Shown: positions 1-13,331 of the stretch, one piece after another | How positions within the stretch are numbered: position 1 is the stretch's first letter | How the letters are laid out: every line of letters begins with the position of its first letter | Assembly (NCBI GenBank): GCA_050084985.1 | Contig: JBITNC010000001.1 | Span: forward strand, 87,730,001-87,794,000 | From: Nageia nagi | Taxonomy: Eukaryota > Plantae > Pinophyta | Length of the DNA: 64,000 bases | Reading direction: 5' to 3' | Program-made: the position numbers and the translations under genes | Notes under the pieces: generated by a model | What the model saw: only the letters and a program-made list of their open reading frames with translations | Told to the model about the DNA's origin: nothing | The model's database searches: none

Positions 1-1660
1 GGTACCCATATAATCTAATAGATATCGATCATGATAATCATCATCTCGCTCATAAGAAGATGGAATGTATTAGTGTCATCACACAAACACTCCATAAGGG
101 CTATTAGAAAATACTTATTGTACAAGATTCACATGAACCCCTTCAAATGGTTGAGCCCATATGCCTCCAAAATTCTCCTCTCATTTGGTGTCATCATAAA
201 GTTTGCAACTACATTTATGAATAGACTCCATGGCTCACATCGCATTAGGTAAGCTTGATCCTGCATCTAGATCAAACAAAAAGTGTATCAATAACATGGA
301 ATATGGTTAAAATGTAAAAAATTAATAATTAAAAACTACAAATTTAAAATGTGTGCTTTTCATAATGTCTTTGAATTTTCATGCTATATTTTTCATAGAT
401 TGTGAGTGCATGCATTTCATTGAGGCTATACAGAAATCATTTTACTATTTTATACAAAATTGATCCTAGTGACAATGCTTGGAACATAGCAATGTGGCCA
501 CATTTAGCCCCCATTTTCAAAAAACTTTAGGTACCCATCAATCTTAACCTAGAGTATATGGTAAAATCCTTTCCCATTTCCCTACATGCATTCCCAAAAC
601 TAGCCCTACATTTTTACCCCTTATGTTTTGAAAATCTTTTGAAACTGGTAAAAAATAGCCTAATTCGAAAATGTGAACCATCAAAAAGCTTCTAAATATT
701 GCATAAAATAAGAATGGAGAAATGTTTTGGTACCTAATATACCTTGGGTGAAGAATGAATAAACAAATCTTAATGACCTTGTTGAGAGGTTATCTAGAGA
801 ACCATATCACCCATAAACACAATAATCAAACCTTTTATCGCACCATAATCCTCCATAAACCAAATAGGACACCTAACACTTTTTGAATCATAGCTCAAAT
901 CACCAAATGGAAAATGCACAAATGAATCTAATTCTACCTATTTGAAACTAAATTGGAAATCCCTTTTTCAAAATTCACTACCAAATCTTGTTGATTTCCC
1001 TAAACAAAGTTTTGTTTTGTCATTAACTAGTTCCTACCCAACTCAATTCTTTTTCTTGATATTCTTCTATGCCTATAGTTGAATGATGTCACTCCCTTTG
1101 AGAACTATCATTGGGTTCATGTTGCAATTTAATGCCAAATTTCATGCCAAAATCTTGCTTTTCTTGTGTATGTAATAAAATTGTTTATCATTCTTTTCAA
1201 TAAAGTGTAACTTGTCAAAAAACCCCTTTGGGAAAAATTGTTTAAAATCAAAATAAAATGATCATCAAATTTTGTGTTACCTGAAATGATCTTAAAAATT
1301 GTTTCTCTTTTTTCCCTCATGGAGATGGCACAGTCCTATCAAGCTTTTTATTTTTTGTAAAACAATTTTGTAGCTCTATGCTAATGCCACATTCCTAGCA
1401 CTGCCATTAGGTTTAAAATGATAATTTAAAGTGTGTTTTCTATTTTGTATAACATTCCTATGCTTAAAGGTAGAAAAATGTGCTTACTTTTCATGTACTT
1501 GCTCAAAAATGTTGATGAATGTTCATTTTACACTTCATGTTCGATAAAATTTTACAAACTTTCCAAAATTCCTATTTTCTATTTTTCATGTCATAAAATG
1601 GATATCATTATCAAGTGTATCAGTATGTCTTGCAGTATAAAAATTGTTCCAATTAAATTG

Positions 1661-1860
1661 CTTATCGAATGAGTGATTGAATACCTTATCAAATGCTTAT
1701 CAAAAGATATTGTTGCTTATCCATACATGCTATTTATTCTACTTATCATATTTTGCTTAAAATGTTGCTTATCTTGCTTATCATGTCTTGCTTAGTAATT
1801 TTCTTATCAAAATATTATTTATCATTCTCAAATCGATGCTTATCATACTAAATGCTTATC
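1661..1860 (+). repeat. Cluster of CTTATC hexamers
   Basis: About 10 exact CTTATC copies plus near-matches in 200 bp, irregularly spaced. Confidence 0.75.
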
Positions 1861-1901
1861 ACATGGTTAAGATTTTGTTCATACAATATTATTGTTATCC
1901 T

Positions 1902-2075
1902 TTGCCTCCTTTGTAAGAAAGCAGCAGTCTTATCAGCAAATCCATGGAAACATGGTGGTTTGGGGTACCAAGTTGGTCACTCATATCATTGGCCTACTTT
2001 GTAAAGAAAGGGAACTCTTATCAGTAAATCCATGGCAACATGGTGGCTTGGGAAACCAAGCTAATCAATCTAAAC
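1902..2075 (+). repeat. Tandem duplication, ~88-bp unit x2
   Basis: GCCTCCTTTGTAA...CTTATCAGCAAATCCATGGAAACATGGTGGTTTGGG at 1904 recurs as GCCTACTTTGTAA...CTTATCAGTAAATCCATGGCAACATGGTGGCTTGGG at 1992. Confidence 0.85.
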
Positions 2076-2345
2076 TACTTATCATCTCATCTCATCTTGG
2101 TGGGTAAGTCACCAAGGATAGGTACCTTTTTCTTTTCCTTGGGTTGCTCCTATCATGAGAGGTCCATCATGTTGCAACCAAGTCAAAGAGGGTGCATAAT
2201 ATAAGCAAAAATTAGGGCATCCAAAACTATTACCATGTCATAACATTTCAAGGAGTATTTTATTACTTATCTAGTTATACTTTGAATTCATGCTTTGATT
2301 TCCTTTTATCTTAAAAGCATTAAAATATATTCAAAGTGGGGCACT

Positions 2346-4213
2346 TGTTAACACCTAAAAAGGGATTTTTATTTAATTAAAATACCTTTTTAGAAATTGA
2401 AAATTATTTATTTAATTTATTAAATAAATACTATTTTCCATGTACACTCTCATCTACCTTTATATTTTGTGGTAATAGATCGGCTTGACATCATAATAAG
2501 CCTACGGAGGAGCCTTAACACTAGACCTATTGCTTATAAATTTGGAGGAGTTGTGCATGATCAAAGATATTATATGACATGACATAATTTCAAATCTTTG
2601 ATAGTTGGATATATAATTATGTCAATCTTGATCAATGTTTCTAAATACCACCTATCATCTATAGATTTTGTTATACTATGAGCTTTGCATTTCTACAATA
2701 TTTTATCCCTTTGCAATTGATATTTAGGACATCAAAGGTGGGATGATGACATCAAGCTTAAAGGTGAGGAATTCTGGAAAGGTATCCAAGCACTATCGCT
2801 AGGTTTCTAGCAACATCATTGTGTTGAGATAGGATTGGTAGCTCCATATTTTAGAGAAGCTCTTCATTTGTTCTCTCTTGATTGAATCTCACCTCCATTC
2901 ATTATCAGAGGTAAAGTACAGTTTGTATCTTCCATTAATCTAATTTTGATAGGTCAAGATCAAGTTGATATTTCTCATCTTTCATGTCATTCATTTCTTT
3001 TTATTTTAGTATAAATAATTATGATAATTATTATTTTAGTTATAATACAAACTATCATAATGGTTGTCAAAATAGGTACTTGATCATCTTGATAATTCAC
3101 TACAATTGAAATTCCAAAAAAGGAATTCAATTTAGATTGAAAAATAGTAAAAATAGAGACAAACTAGATAGTCTAAAATAGGTAGAAAAGGAGGTAAACT
3201 TTTTAGTAGTAATTTTAAGTTTGGGATTTAGCTCAAAATTTTTTTATCCCTTTTGAGGTTAAAACAATTTACCCCTCCATTCTTTAATTTTCAAACACTA
3301 AATTCAAGAATTAAAGTTTGAGGATTTTGGTCCCAAAAATTCTTGTTACTTCTTAGTTAAAAAAAACCTTTTTATTTCAAGTTATTTCATTTCTTACACT
3401 TTTCCCTCAAGTACTCACCCTAGATATTTTGAATTTTTATGCTTTAGTTTATGCTACTAAGCTAGTTATCATCTTATATATTTTGCACACTTGCTTTTCT
3501 TATTGTGTATGCTCCTTTTATTCATTGAAAGATGATCTAATAAAATGATAACCAATTCACACCTTAAAAATTATTTTAACATATCACATGTGCTCACATA
3601 TATTCTACTTAGTTTTAAAAGGTTAATTTCTTATTTTAATAAGTTGGTATTTTAATAAGTGACCTAGATTACTTCATATACATAATTACCTTATTTTATT
3701 TGTGTGCTAATTTTATTTTTATGAAAGAAAACTAAAACATTCTAGGCCTTTTCTTGAACTCTTGAAAAGGTCAAAAGGTATTTTAACTCTTCCATATGAG
3801 TTATTTTTATTTTTCATTTCTTTATTTTTACAAGACATGTGCACTCATAACATTTTCTTTTAGTTTATTTACATTTTGTTATAATGTCTTTACACACTTA
3901 GCATACAAAATGATTAATACTTTGGATTTCATCATTAACCATTAAATCTTCTTCCTATAATCATAGACCTAATTACCTAAACTTTATCACTAGGAATAAT
4001 GATTAACTTTTGGAGTTAATCACCAAAAGTATTATTAATCCCATGAATTATTGGGCTATAGAAATTTAAGGAAGAATTTATTATTTATCTCAAAGCCCAA
4101 TTTCATGTGAAGAGAAGGGGGGATTCCCTTAGACATGATTTAGAAAATATTAACTTTGCATTCCCTCAATAATATTAAGTTTCACTTAGTACTCTTGGCC
4201 AAAACCATCCACA
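2346..4213 (+). repeat. LTR (~1.87 kb), Tat-type
   Basis: Starts TGTTAACACC after the PPT, TATAAA at 2535, CCACCTATCA at 2648. Probable end ...AAAACCATCCACA. The right boundary is less sure. Confidence 0.55.
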
Positions 4214-5173
4214 AGTAGATTATTTATATTTGTATGAATGATGCAATGGTAAGAAATCAACCCACTAAAGCTACTCTCCTCATGTCAATTGGTATATCAA
4301 AGGGTTCATTTGTATAGATACACTTGCATAGATTTTTAAACTACCTCATAAATACTTGTGAAAAGTACTAAAAATATTTAAAAAAATATTGATCATAAAT
4401 ATTTAGAGTAATCTTTTTATAAAAAACTAATTCACTATTTTCTTTTTTCCCTTCAAAAAAAAAAAAACTAACTCAAATACAAAACCATACTAACAATTTT
4501 CTTGTGAATTATGTATAACACATACTAGTACTAATATGTTTTTCTAAATAAAAAATATATAAAGATGGAAAAAATAATCTTTGTTTCTACTTTTCCATGG
4601 TCTTGACCAAAATTCAAGTTAGAGTCTAAAGGAAAATCCCATCTTCTTATTGATCACAATCAAATATGGATCATATTCTATATAATGCTTCTTCACCATA
4701 TGGAGATGAAACCCCTCTCATTCATACATTAGGTGGCAAATTGGTATATAGTCAAGAAGCACATTTTTTTATCAAGATATTTAAAATAGGAAAACTAAAA
4801 TCCCTTACCCAAAGAGCTCCTTTCATAAATTAATTAAATTAAGGGTAAGATATATGTATTGAATGAAGGAATTCACACATGGTAAATGATATTAAACATC
4901 TAATTTTCAACCAATAGTAGTAATAAATCTTTTCAATTTGGTGAATGAAATGAAATATGTATATGGTCATTAATATTTGTATTATGTGAAATTATGTTGA
5001 TGTAATCAAATTTAATTATATTAAGAATGGAGACTATATTAAATAAATATTTAATCATACACAGAAATAATTATATATATATATGACCACATGTTACTTA
5101 TTAGTATACAGGAGAAAATATATATCAAATATCTATTAATTCTTAAATTTGATTTTTATTTAATTAAAAATAA

Positions 5174-5822
5174 TGTTTTAGGTGTCTAAGTATTAAAGTA
5201 ATTTAATTATTTATTTTGCTATATTTGTAGAATAAAGTATAGTTTCACTCATTTTTATCCTTTTGGTGATAGGCCCAAGGAACACTAGCCAAGAAAGTAT
5301 CTTAGCTATTGGTGGAATCTCTCCTCTATTTAAGGGAAGAAAGATGTGGCATTGATCATATTTGGACTTTGATAAATTATACCACATTATATGCTTGATA
5401 TAACTTGATGCCACCTATCAATTTTGTATTTATATCCTAATTCATTATTATATTATTTATTTGCAATATCATAGTTAAATCTAATAACAATAGCAAGAAA
5501 CCTTAACGATGAACACAAATTCAAAAGATTTAAGAGTGGATAGTGATATATCAATGCACTATAGTGTGATGATGTATAGAATATTGATGCATTAAGGAAG
5601 GAGGTTTGAATTTGGGAAGTAAGTTGTCTAGATATTATGGAGGCTAGATTTAGGGTATGATTGACATGATAGAAGTATATAGAGGTGTTTAATCATTTGT
5701 ATTCAAATTTGATTAGGTCAAGAGCTAGATTGATTGTATTGTAATTATCCATTTTTAGTATTCTAATTATTTATTATAATTAATATTAAATTAATTAAAA
5801 AAAGCAATTTTTAGTATTAAAA
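5174..5822 (+). repeat. 5' LTR of a Tat-type gypsy element
   Basis: Starts TGTTTTAGG and ends just before a tRNA-Trp PBS. The first ~400 bp recur at 11568-11975. Confidence 0.75.
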
Positions 5823-5825
5823 AAT

Positions 5826-5838
5826 TGGTGAACCCGAC
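5826..5838 (+). promoter_or_regulatory. Primer-binding site complementary to the tRNA-Trp 3' end
   Basis: TGGTGAACCCGAC is the reverse complement of the plant tRNA-Trp end ...GTCGGGTTCACCA. Confidence 0.8.
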
Positions 5839-5999
5839 TTCTTTATATCATAACTTTCTTTTCACTAGTACCAAAAATCCTAGGGTTTTTTAGAAAGGAC
5901 TAATATTAGTTGTTGAGTGTGTCCAAAATAGGTAAACAAATTGAGCTTACCAGTATTCTTCATACAAATGGGAAGATAAGGAATATATCCATAAGATTT

Positions 6000-8340
6000 A
6001 TGAGCCTTATATGATTTCCATTAAGAAGGAATGCTAGAAATGCTACAAAAATGACTTTACTTGATCCTAAGGACAACTTGGAAAACTTGAATGAGGTTAG
6101 TGAAGAATCATATCTTGCACATATGGAAGAAGAAATACCTATAGAAAAAGAAGTAAAATATTGATAAGAATACTATTATGTTTAAACACTTCTATACCCA
6201 TCGAACATATCTTCAAGATTTACTAAAAACATTGAATTTGGAAGGAGCTTATGATATGAATAGGATATTGAAAAATATAACTCCACAAATTACATACCCT
6301 AAAGGAAGTAAACAATGTGTTTTAGATCATGAGGATGAAACTTAGCCTCAAGAATATGTATCCAAGCCAAATAGATAGCCCAAGTGGATGATGATTGATT
6401 GTGAATCGATGGAAATATTTGGTCTATTAACGTATAGCAATGTGCTAGCATACAATGCAATTCACAATTATAAACTCATGTTCCTGAATGAACATCTCTA
6501 GAAGAAGGAGAGATTAAGGGTGGTGTTAGATTCGATCTAGAAAATATCGAAGAGACAATATAGGTTAATATTAAAGAGCAAGGTGATAATGATGATCAAG
6601 ATAGAAATGACTATGATCTTGAACTTGAAGCACATATAGAATATAAAAGGGAATAATCTACCTAAAGTATGATAATTAAAAAAAATATAAGGAATTTATG
6701 GAAGGGGAGTATGTATAGATGGGAAATTTTGATGAGGAAGATTTTATAGATATTAAAGGAGGTTAAAATCAGGGATATCTAGAGAACAAAGATAAAAAAA
6801 GAGAGTAATTATTTTAAAGAAATTATTAGAATATTGATGACCTAAAAAAAGATGATGCCATAATTTATGCATTTAATAGTAGGATACAAAGGAGAGATGA
6901 TTGGATGAATGAAGATTATAAAGTACAATTAGAATCTATTCAAAATCTAAAATCCATAAAATAATATCTAAAACAACCCCAAATAAAAAAAATTGAATTG
7001 CTATTCAAGTTGTTTGATGCATTGAATTTTGAAATTAAAATAATGATGAGATTTGAACATTTAGCATTAATACATCAGGAAGGAAAAGAAAAAATAGATG
7101 ATATTATAAGGGAAAAACTAAACAAAATACCATAACAACCCAAAGTGGTTCTACACCAAGAAAAATAAGTGTCTAGATTAAGCCAAGCAACAAAAAGTAA
7201 TAAGAAATATAAAGAGTTATAACACGATATTAACAAATTGGCTAATATTATTGGTGATGGATTAGAAAAAAAGTGTAAATAATTCCAATCCACTTTGTAC
7301 AAGAAATTTATAAAATAAATATGATGATGAGGAGATCTAATTTATAAAGTTTAAAGGAACCTATGATCCTATAAACCATGTGGATTTATTTATAATTCAA
7401 ACATTTTTGTATGCTCATGATGAACATTTTATGGCTAAAATTATACCTTTACTTTGGAAGGAGATGCATTGAAATGGTTATATAGTTTTCCTAATGCAAG
7501 TACTAAATATTTTAAAATGTTATTGTAAGTTTTTACAAAAAAATACAAAATGCATATTCAATGTAGGCTAACTTTGAGAGATCTTATATGCAACTTTAAC
7601 ATAAAGAAAATCAATCTATAAGTGTAGCCAACACGATGCATGGAAGAGAATGCTAAGAAATATATTTTTATGGAAGCCATTTTATCTTATAGTAAAAGGG
7701 AATTTTATAACTACATGTGATTGAAAAGATTGTTCACAAAGAAGCTATGTTGATTAGATTTGATATTTATATAGAAAGTAAATAGATTAAGGGTTAAAAA
7801 TCAACAAAAAGAGAATTAAAAGATAAGGTATTTTAGTTACAATCCAAAAAGGAGGATATCATAGTTGCTACTATTGAAAAGAATAGACATGATGGTATAA
7901 AGGTAGGACAACCTAAACCCAAATAAAATTTGCTCCATTATCAAAGGGTATTGATCAATTATTGAATGCAATATTGGACATGGGTTTCCTCAATTACCTC
8001 CTATACAATAGAGAAAATTACCTAATGGTGACCTAAGGATTTTATATTTGAAAACTTTTGTAACTACCATAATGGTTTAGGTCATCTAACTAAAGATTAA
8101 CATTAATGAATAAAATTAAATATTTTATGATGAAGGTAAGATTTTGTTTAATCATGACTTCATAGACAAGGATAACCTAGTACATCCTCAAAATCATAAT
8201 TTGAGCATCTTTAAGATTTTGTTTCCTCAATTTATTTTATAATAATAAGATGATATGATAAGTTGCATTCATCACCATAAGTATGTACATGAACCCAAAC
8301 TTACTAAGATGATGTTAATACAAACTTTTCACATTGATAA
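6000..8340 (+). pseudogene. gag: Degenerate Tat/Ogre-type gag; pol missing
   Basis: KGTYDPINHV (~7352), TLEGDALKWL (7451) and FCNYHNGLGHLTKD (~8056; CxxHxxxGHxTxxC-type motif), with many stops and frameshifts. Boundaries approximate. Confidence 0.7.
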
Positions 8341-9099
8341 AAAATTTTAAACCAGAGGTGATATAGTACTAGATAGGGATGGTATTTGGACCATATCTTA
8401 AGGTGTCTTTTTTTTTTAATTTATTTTTTGTTTAATAAGTGTGACATTTGTTTACCTTTAAAATTTATAGTGATAAATATTAGATAAAATGGTATATTGG
8501 CACATCATGGTATGCCAGTCTACCATTAGTAAGATGGTATCTAAATTTTTTAAAATAGATCATTTTCATGGTTAAAAGAATAGAAAAAGGATAAAAGAAA
8601 TAAGAATCAAGATAGATATCATAATATTTTCCTAAATAGTTGTAAGGATAAATTAGAAAAAAAAATGTAAAAATGTATTATTTCTCCTATAATTGATAAA
8701 AATAAAGACGTTTTGATAGTATTATTGGGTGATTATTGAATTTTGTATGGAAATAAGAACATATGTTTTTCTTTAGAATTCATATGTTAGCATACAAATA
8801 AGACAAAATTAATGGAATTAAGAAATTCAAAATAAAAATTAATGGAATTAAGAAAGTAAAAATAAAAAAAAAAAAATTGATAAATAAGACAAAATTAGAA
8901 TCTTACATGGTGCCCAGAATGGATTGAAGCAACTAGGTATAATTTATGGCCTATCTTCTTGGTAATTCATAGAGAAATATTGGCCAAAAATAAATAAAAA
9001 TTAGATACTATCACTAAAAAAACCCCTTCTTTTTATCACTTGTAATTCTTAGAAACTAGAAAGTAAAATGAATATATGAGTGTCAATTGTGTTATTTAT

Positions 9100-10605
9100 A
9101 AGTTTTTCTTGCATGAAGTACAAGGAGTAAAGTTAGAAATAAGGCATGTCACACAATGGTAATAATTTGTTAGTTTAATTATATGAATTTTATGATGATA
9201 AAAATAGTGTTATTCATGCATGATTTTTGGTTACAATAACACATGTTTGTAGGCCAACATATGATCTCATATACCAACATACACCGTAGGAAGCAAGTTT
9301 GTAGAAAATTTTTAGAATCTCCTCATAATTTTAGCTAGTAAGATAAAAAGAGTAATTAGAATTTTAAAAGGGACTATATTTTTTAGTTATACATAATGAT
9401 ATCAATGATGATAAGATAGAATGATATTTCAAGGAAAAGTAATAATATATTCATTAGTTTTAGAAAAACATGGTATTTTTATAAAATAAGTATTGAAAGT
9501 GGAAGAACATCAAACTTTTAAAGATAAATTTAGCTAAATATTTTATGTTGGTGTACAAGTTAAAAGAGTAATTTCAGAAAAAATAAAATCAAAATTCATA
9601 AGTAAGAAGTTAATATTATCATAATATTTTATAAGTTTATATAAATCCTCTTAGTTGGGGAAACTAAGTAAAAATAGATAGTCATTTTCTCTTAGGGACT
9701 CAAAATAATTCAAGGCAATTTTTTATCTTTAGTTATAGTATGTAATTGGGCGATGCAACTAAGATCAAATTGATTGTAGTATTAAGTTATAACATGCAAT
9801 TTAGTGGTAAGATTAAGCTACTACTACATGTAGCATTTGGTTATAACATGTAATCAAGTGGTGTAACCAAATCTAGATTCCTCTTTAGTTATAGAATGCA
9901 ATTGGGTGGTGTAGTTGAGTGGAATTCTCCTTTGGTACTTAGTGCAAGTAAGTACCTAATTCAAGAATTTTTAGTCATGGAGGTGTGCCAAGGAGGATTT
10001 TTTTGCTATGAGGATATATAAGTAACATAGCATAAGAAGATTAATATTCTATCTTTGATATTTTTTTTTTGTAATAATAGATGAGGTATATGTGGTTAAA
10101 TCTTCAACCAAGAAGAAATATTGTGTTTATTTCATCTTTTTCTAATAATAACTATAAGATGAAATCTATGTTTAGTGATGAAAATGTCTTGGCTTAAAAA
10201 GATACATTATATTTATTTCATTTCATAGCTCTAAGTTCATGTATTCAAAAATGATAGATGTAGCCTATATTTAGCGATGATAAAATATTGGCATAAGAAT
10301 ATGTATTATGATGATTTCATATGAGCTAATCATGATAAATGTAGTATTCCAGCACATTAGAGGTAAGATGCAATTTTTTTTTGGTAGATTTCTTTGTTCA
10401 AATATTTCTTGCAAGTTTCATTCTTTTCCTTTGTTCCTCCCATTCTAAATATGTATTTATTACAAGGACCAAACCAAATAAGGGACATGAGATGTGGGGA
10501 AAATGAAGGATTCTAAGCTATTACAATGAAGATTTAAAAGGGAGTATTTACTATTTTTCATACAATCATACTCATGATTTTGTTAAAACTACATTTAAAG
10601 GAGGG
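9100..10605 (+). mobile_element. Highly degenerate, internally deleted Ty1/copia relic
   Basis: ESGR/IKLLKIN integrase-like trace (~9495), VVKSSTK RNase H-like trace (~10092), and copia-type PPT TTAAAGGAGGG at 10595-10605. Confidence 0.45.
9731..9935 (+). repeat. Degenerate tandem repeat, ~48-55 bp x4
   Basis: Variants of GTTATA(A/G)(C/T/A)ATG(C/T)AAT..G(T/C)G(G/A)T start at ~9732, 9787, 9840 and 9888. Confidence 0.65.
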
Positions 10606-11381
10606 TGTTAAGACCTAATTTGGAATTATTTTGGGGCAAAACTAGTTTTCATATAACCCTCATTATGTTATGATCAATATGACATTATATAATATTTTAA
10701 TTATCAATTATGGTCTACTAAAGACACTTCTCGTATATGATTCTCTTGTTTTGTAGGATAGACCACCAATATCGATTCTAGCATGCAATAGTTAAATAAA
10801 GTATATTCCTAATCTTATAAATAGAGAATTATATGCATGGGAATACTAGGAAGATTTCATCTTGACAAGACTATGTATATCTCTCTCAAACTTATCATTG
10901 TTTATCAACACCACCTATCAAGATTGAAATTTTATTATACTCAAGAGTAATTTGTCACTACTTTATGATATACATTGAGATTGGGCTTGTTGGATTTGGA
11001 TTATTGCATTGTTAAGACAAAAACCTCACCAACTCCAATGCTCGATAGTAGAGCATCCCAATGCCAACGTTGACCAACATATAGTACATTTGATCCTTAC
11101 GCCTGCATGCAAACTATTATTGAGAATCTAATCAAGTTCATATTACTATTCAAAAATCATCCAAGTAAGTGCATAAGTATTTTCATTCCTATTTCATAGG
11201 CTTCTAAAGTTATTCAATTAAGTCTTGTTATTGTTATCTTATTCATCATAATTACTTTAATACTTTATTTCCTTTAGTTACTAAGTGATTGTATGCAATT
11301 AAGTTCCTTTACTCATTAATTAAAAAATATATAATTGCATCATCCATTATTACAATATAGGGTTACATTTTATCATCTACA
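10606..11381 (+). repeat. LTR (TG...CA) followed by a degenerate tRNA-Trp PBS
   Basis: TGTTAAGACC...TCATCTACA, TATAAATA at 10816, CCACCTATCA at 10911. TGGTGAAATTGATG follows at 11385, and the leader (CCTAGGGTTTT) resembles ~5880. Confidence 0.65.
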
Positions 11382-11567
11382 TATTGGTGAAATTGATGCT
11401 ATTTATCTTTTTACAAATGTTAATTTAGGGTTTGTAAAAAATTTATATTATTATATCTTCACCATATAAAATTCCCTAGGGTTTTCAAATGAATTTAATC
11501 TTTAGAATCTTATGAGTATAACAATAATGGTAAGATACAACAATGTGGATGCCTTCTTGAAAAATCA

Positions 11568-11975
11568 TATTTTAGGTATCTAAGTATTAAAATAATTTAA
11601 TTTTTTATTTTTCTATATTTATGGAATAAATTGAAATCCACTATTTTCTATTCTTTTGGTGATAGCTCAAAGGAGCACTAGCCAAGAAGGTATCTTGTCC
11701 AACAATGGAACCTTTAATCTATTTAAGGGGAGAAAGATGTGGAATTGATCATATCTAGAACTTTATAAGTTATACTATATTTTATTCTTTATGTTTCTTG
11801 ATGGCACTTATCAAGTTTGATTTCATTCCCTAATGGCTATTGCATTCCTTATTTTATGTATCATAATTAGTTCTTATAACCTTGGTAGAAAACCTTGAGG
11901 ATGAAAATGAATTCAAATGATTTAAGGGTAAACAACAGTATATCAATGTACTATTATATAGTGATATTATATGGT
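11568..11975 (+). repeat. Truncated copy of the 5174 LTR family
   Basis: Colinear with 5174-5580 (roughly 70-75% by eye). Terminal TG has mutated to TA. The match ends where L1 sequence begins. Confidence 0.8.
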
Positions 11976-12194
11976 TTAGTATAGAAAATGTGGGTTTTAA
12001 GAAATGCTATTGAGGGAGATCAGGAGGGTTTGGTGAGGAAGAAAATGCAATAGCAGCAAAGTAGAAGGTCAAATTATAGGTAAGTTCCCTAATGAAACCC
12101 TCTATTTTGATCAATTTATAGCTTGAATATGGATAAAATAGTAGCATTGGGTTTCACATTTATTGAGTAAAATATTACCATTTTGTAAGAATTT

Positions 12195-13290
12195 ATGCAT
12201 GAACTAATTATTGAGGGGTATACAATGGACCCACCCAAATGGGTGGAAAGGCCCCAATCCTCTTCATTTTATGATATCCTATGGAGGAACTTTACCACAT
12301 CTATTCAACTAGGAATCTCAGTAGAAGTCCAAAAAGTTGACTTTGAAAAGGGAATGTCAAGAATAATTATTCTAGATAAAGCATATGAGAAAATCAAGGA
12401 AGAAATCTCTTATTGGTAAGTTTATGGGGACCAAGCCAATATTGGAAAACATTAGGAAATGGTTCAAAACTAAATGGAAAATCAAAGGAAAAGTTAATAT
12501 GGCCACTCTACCTTGTGATTTTCTTATGTTTGAATTCAATATAGAGGAAGATATAGAATGGATTATGGAGAATGGACCTTGGTGGTTTGGAAAGAGTGGG
12601 TTGCATTTAAAAAAGTGGTATGAAGGGTTTAACCCACAAAGGGAAACCTTCTATACAATACCCATGTGGATTTTGCTTCCCAACCTTCTATTAGATTTCT
12701 AGTTTGAAGAAGCTATAGTGGGGATAACATCTACAATGGGTGAATTCATTTGCCTATACAAGAACACAAGAATGGGGAAAACCTATCAGATGGATCAGTT
12801 CTATGTGAATGTTGATATAACAAAGTCTATGAAAACCAGAATATGCTTGAAGAATAGGAATGGTAAAAATTTCCAAGAGATATCATTTGATATACCACCA
12901 ACCATCTATACTCTTTCTAATAAGTATGGACCTAATGAAGCAAAATGCCTAAAAAAAATAAAACAATATAATACTCAAGTGAGTGGATTCAACAAGGGTA
13001 AGAAGAAAAATATAGAGTATGGAAACCAATGGGAGGAAAGATCCAAGAGAACACTAGAAACACTAATACACACCATTATGAAATAAAGGATGAAGAGAAG
13101 GGGAAAAAAGTGATAAACAACTCAAGAGGTTTGGATGAAGGAACTTCTAAATGGGAGGGGATAAAAAGTGATAGGAAGGACACTAAAAGCATTGCTAAGA
13201 GAGGGGAAGAGAATGAATTCCATATAGAACATATCATTAATAATGGCAACAAGTTTGAAATGTTGATGGAAAAATCAAAGGAATAAGGGA
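12195..13290 (+). pseudogene. L1 ORF1 (DUF4283 plus degenerate zinc knuckle), frameshifted
   Basis: LIGKFMG...W...FLMFEF...ENGPWWF...LHLKKWYEGFNP...IPMWILLPNL is the canonical plant L1 ORF1 DUF4283 pattern. Confidence 0.9.
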
Positions 13291-13331
13291 TGTTATTAAC
13301 AAAAATAGAGAAAACCACTATAAGCCCAAAC

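Larger units (their letters stand above)
1..4213 (+). mobile_element. 3' part (long 3' UTR, PPT and 3' LTR) of a Tat/Ogre-like Ty3/gypsy element, truncated by the window start
   Basis: PPT AAAGTGGGGCAC at 2333-2345 is directly followed by TGTTAACACC. The upstream region carries tandem sub-repeats typical of Ogre/Tat 3' UTRs. No pol is visible. Confidence 0.55.

Noticed and set aside
4214-5173. Possible coding or host-gene fragment between LTRs
   Set aside because: The parts I translated by hand show no recognisable motif, ORF or splice structure, so it is left unannotated.
5826-5838. tRNA gene fragments at the TGGTGAACCCGAC and TGGTATC sites
   Set aside because: There are only 12-14 nt of complementarity, directly after LTR ends. 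These are primer-binding sites, not tRNA genes.
5174-11975. 5174 and 11568 LTRs as the 5'/3' pair of one element
   Set aside because: No PPT precedes 11568, no cognate pol lies between them, and the second copy sits in another element's leader. Independent insertion is more likely, though a pair is not excluded.
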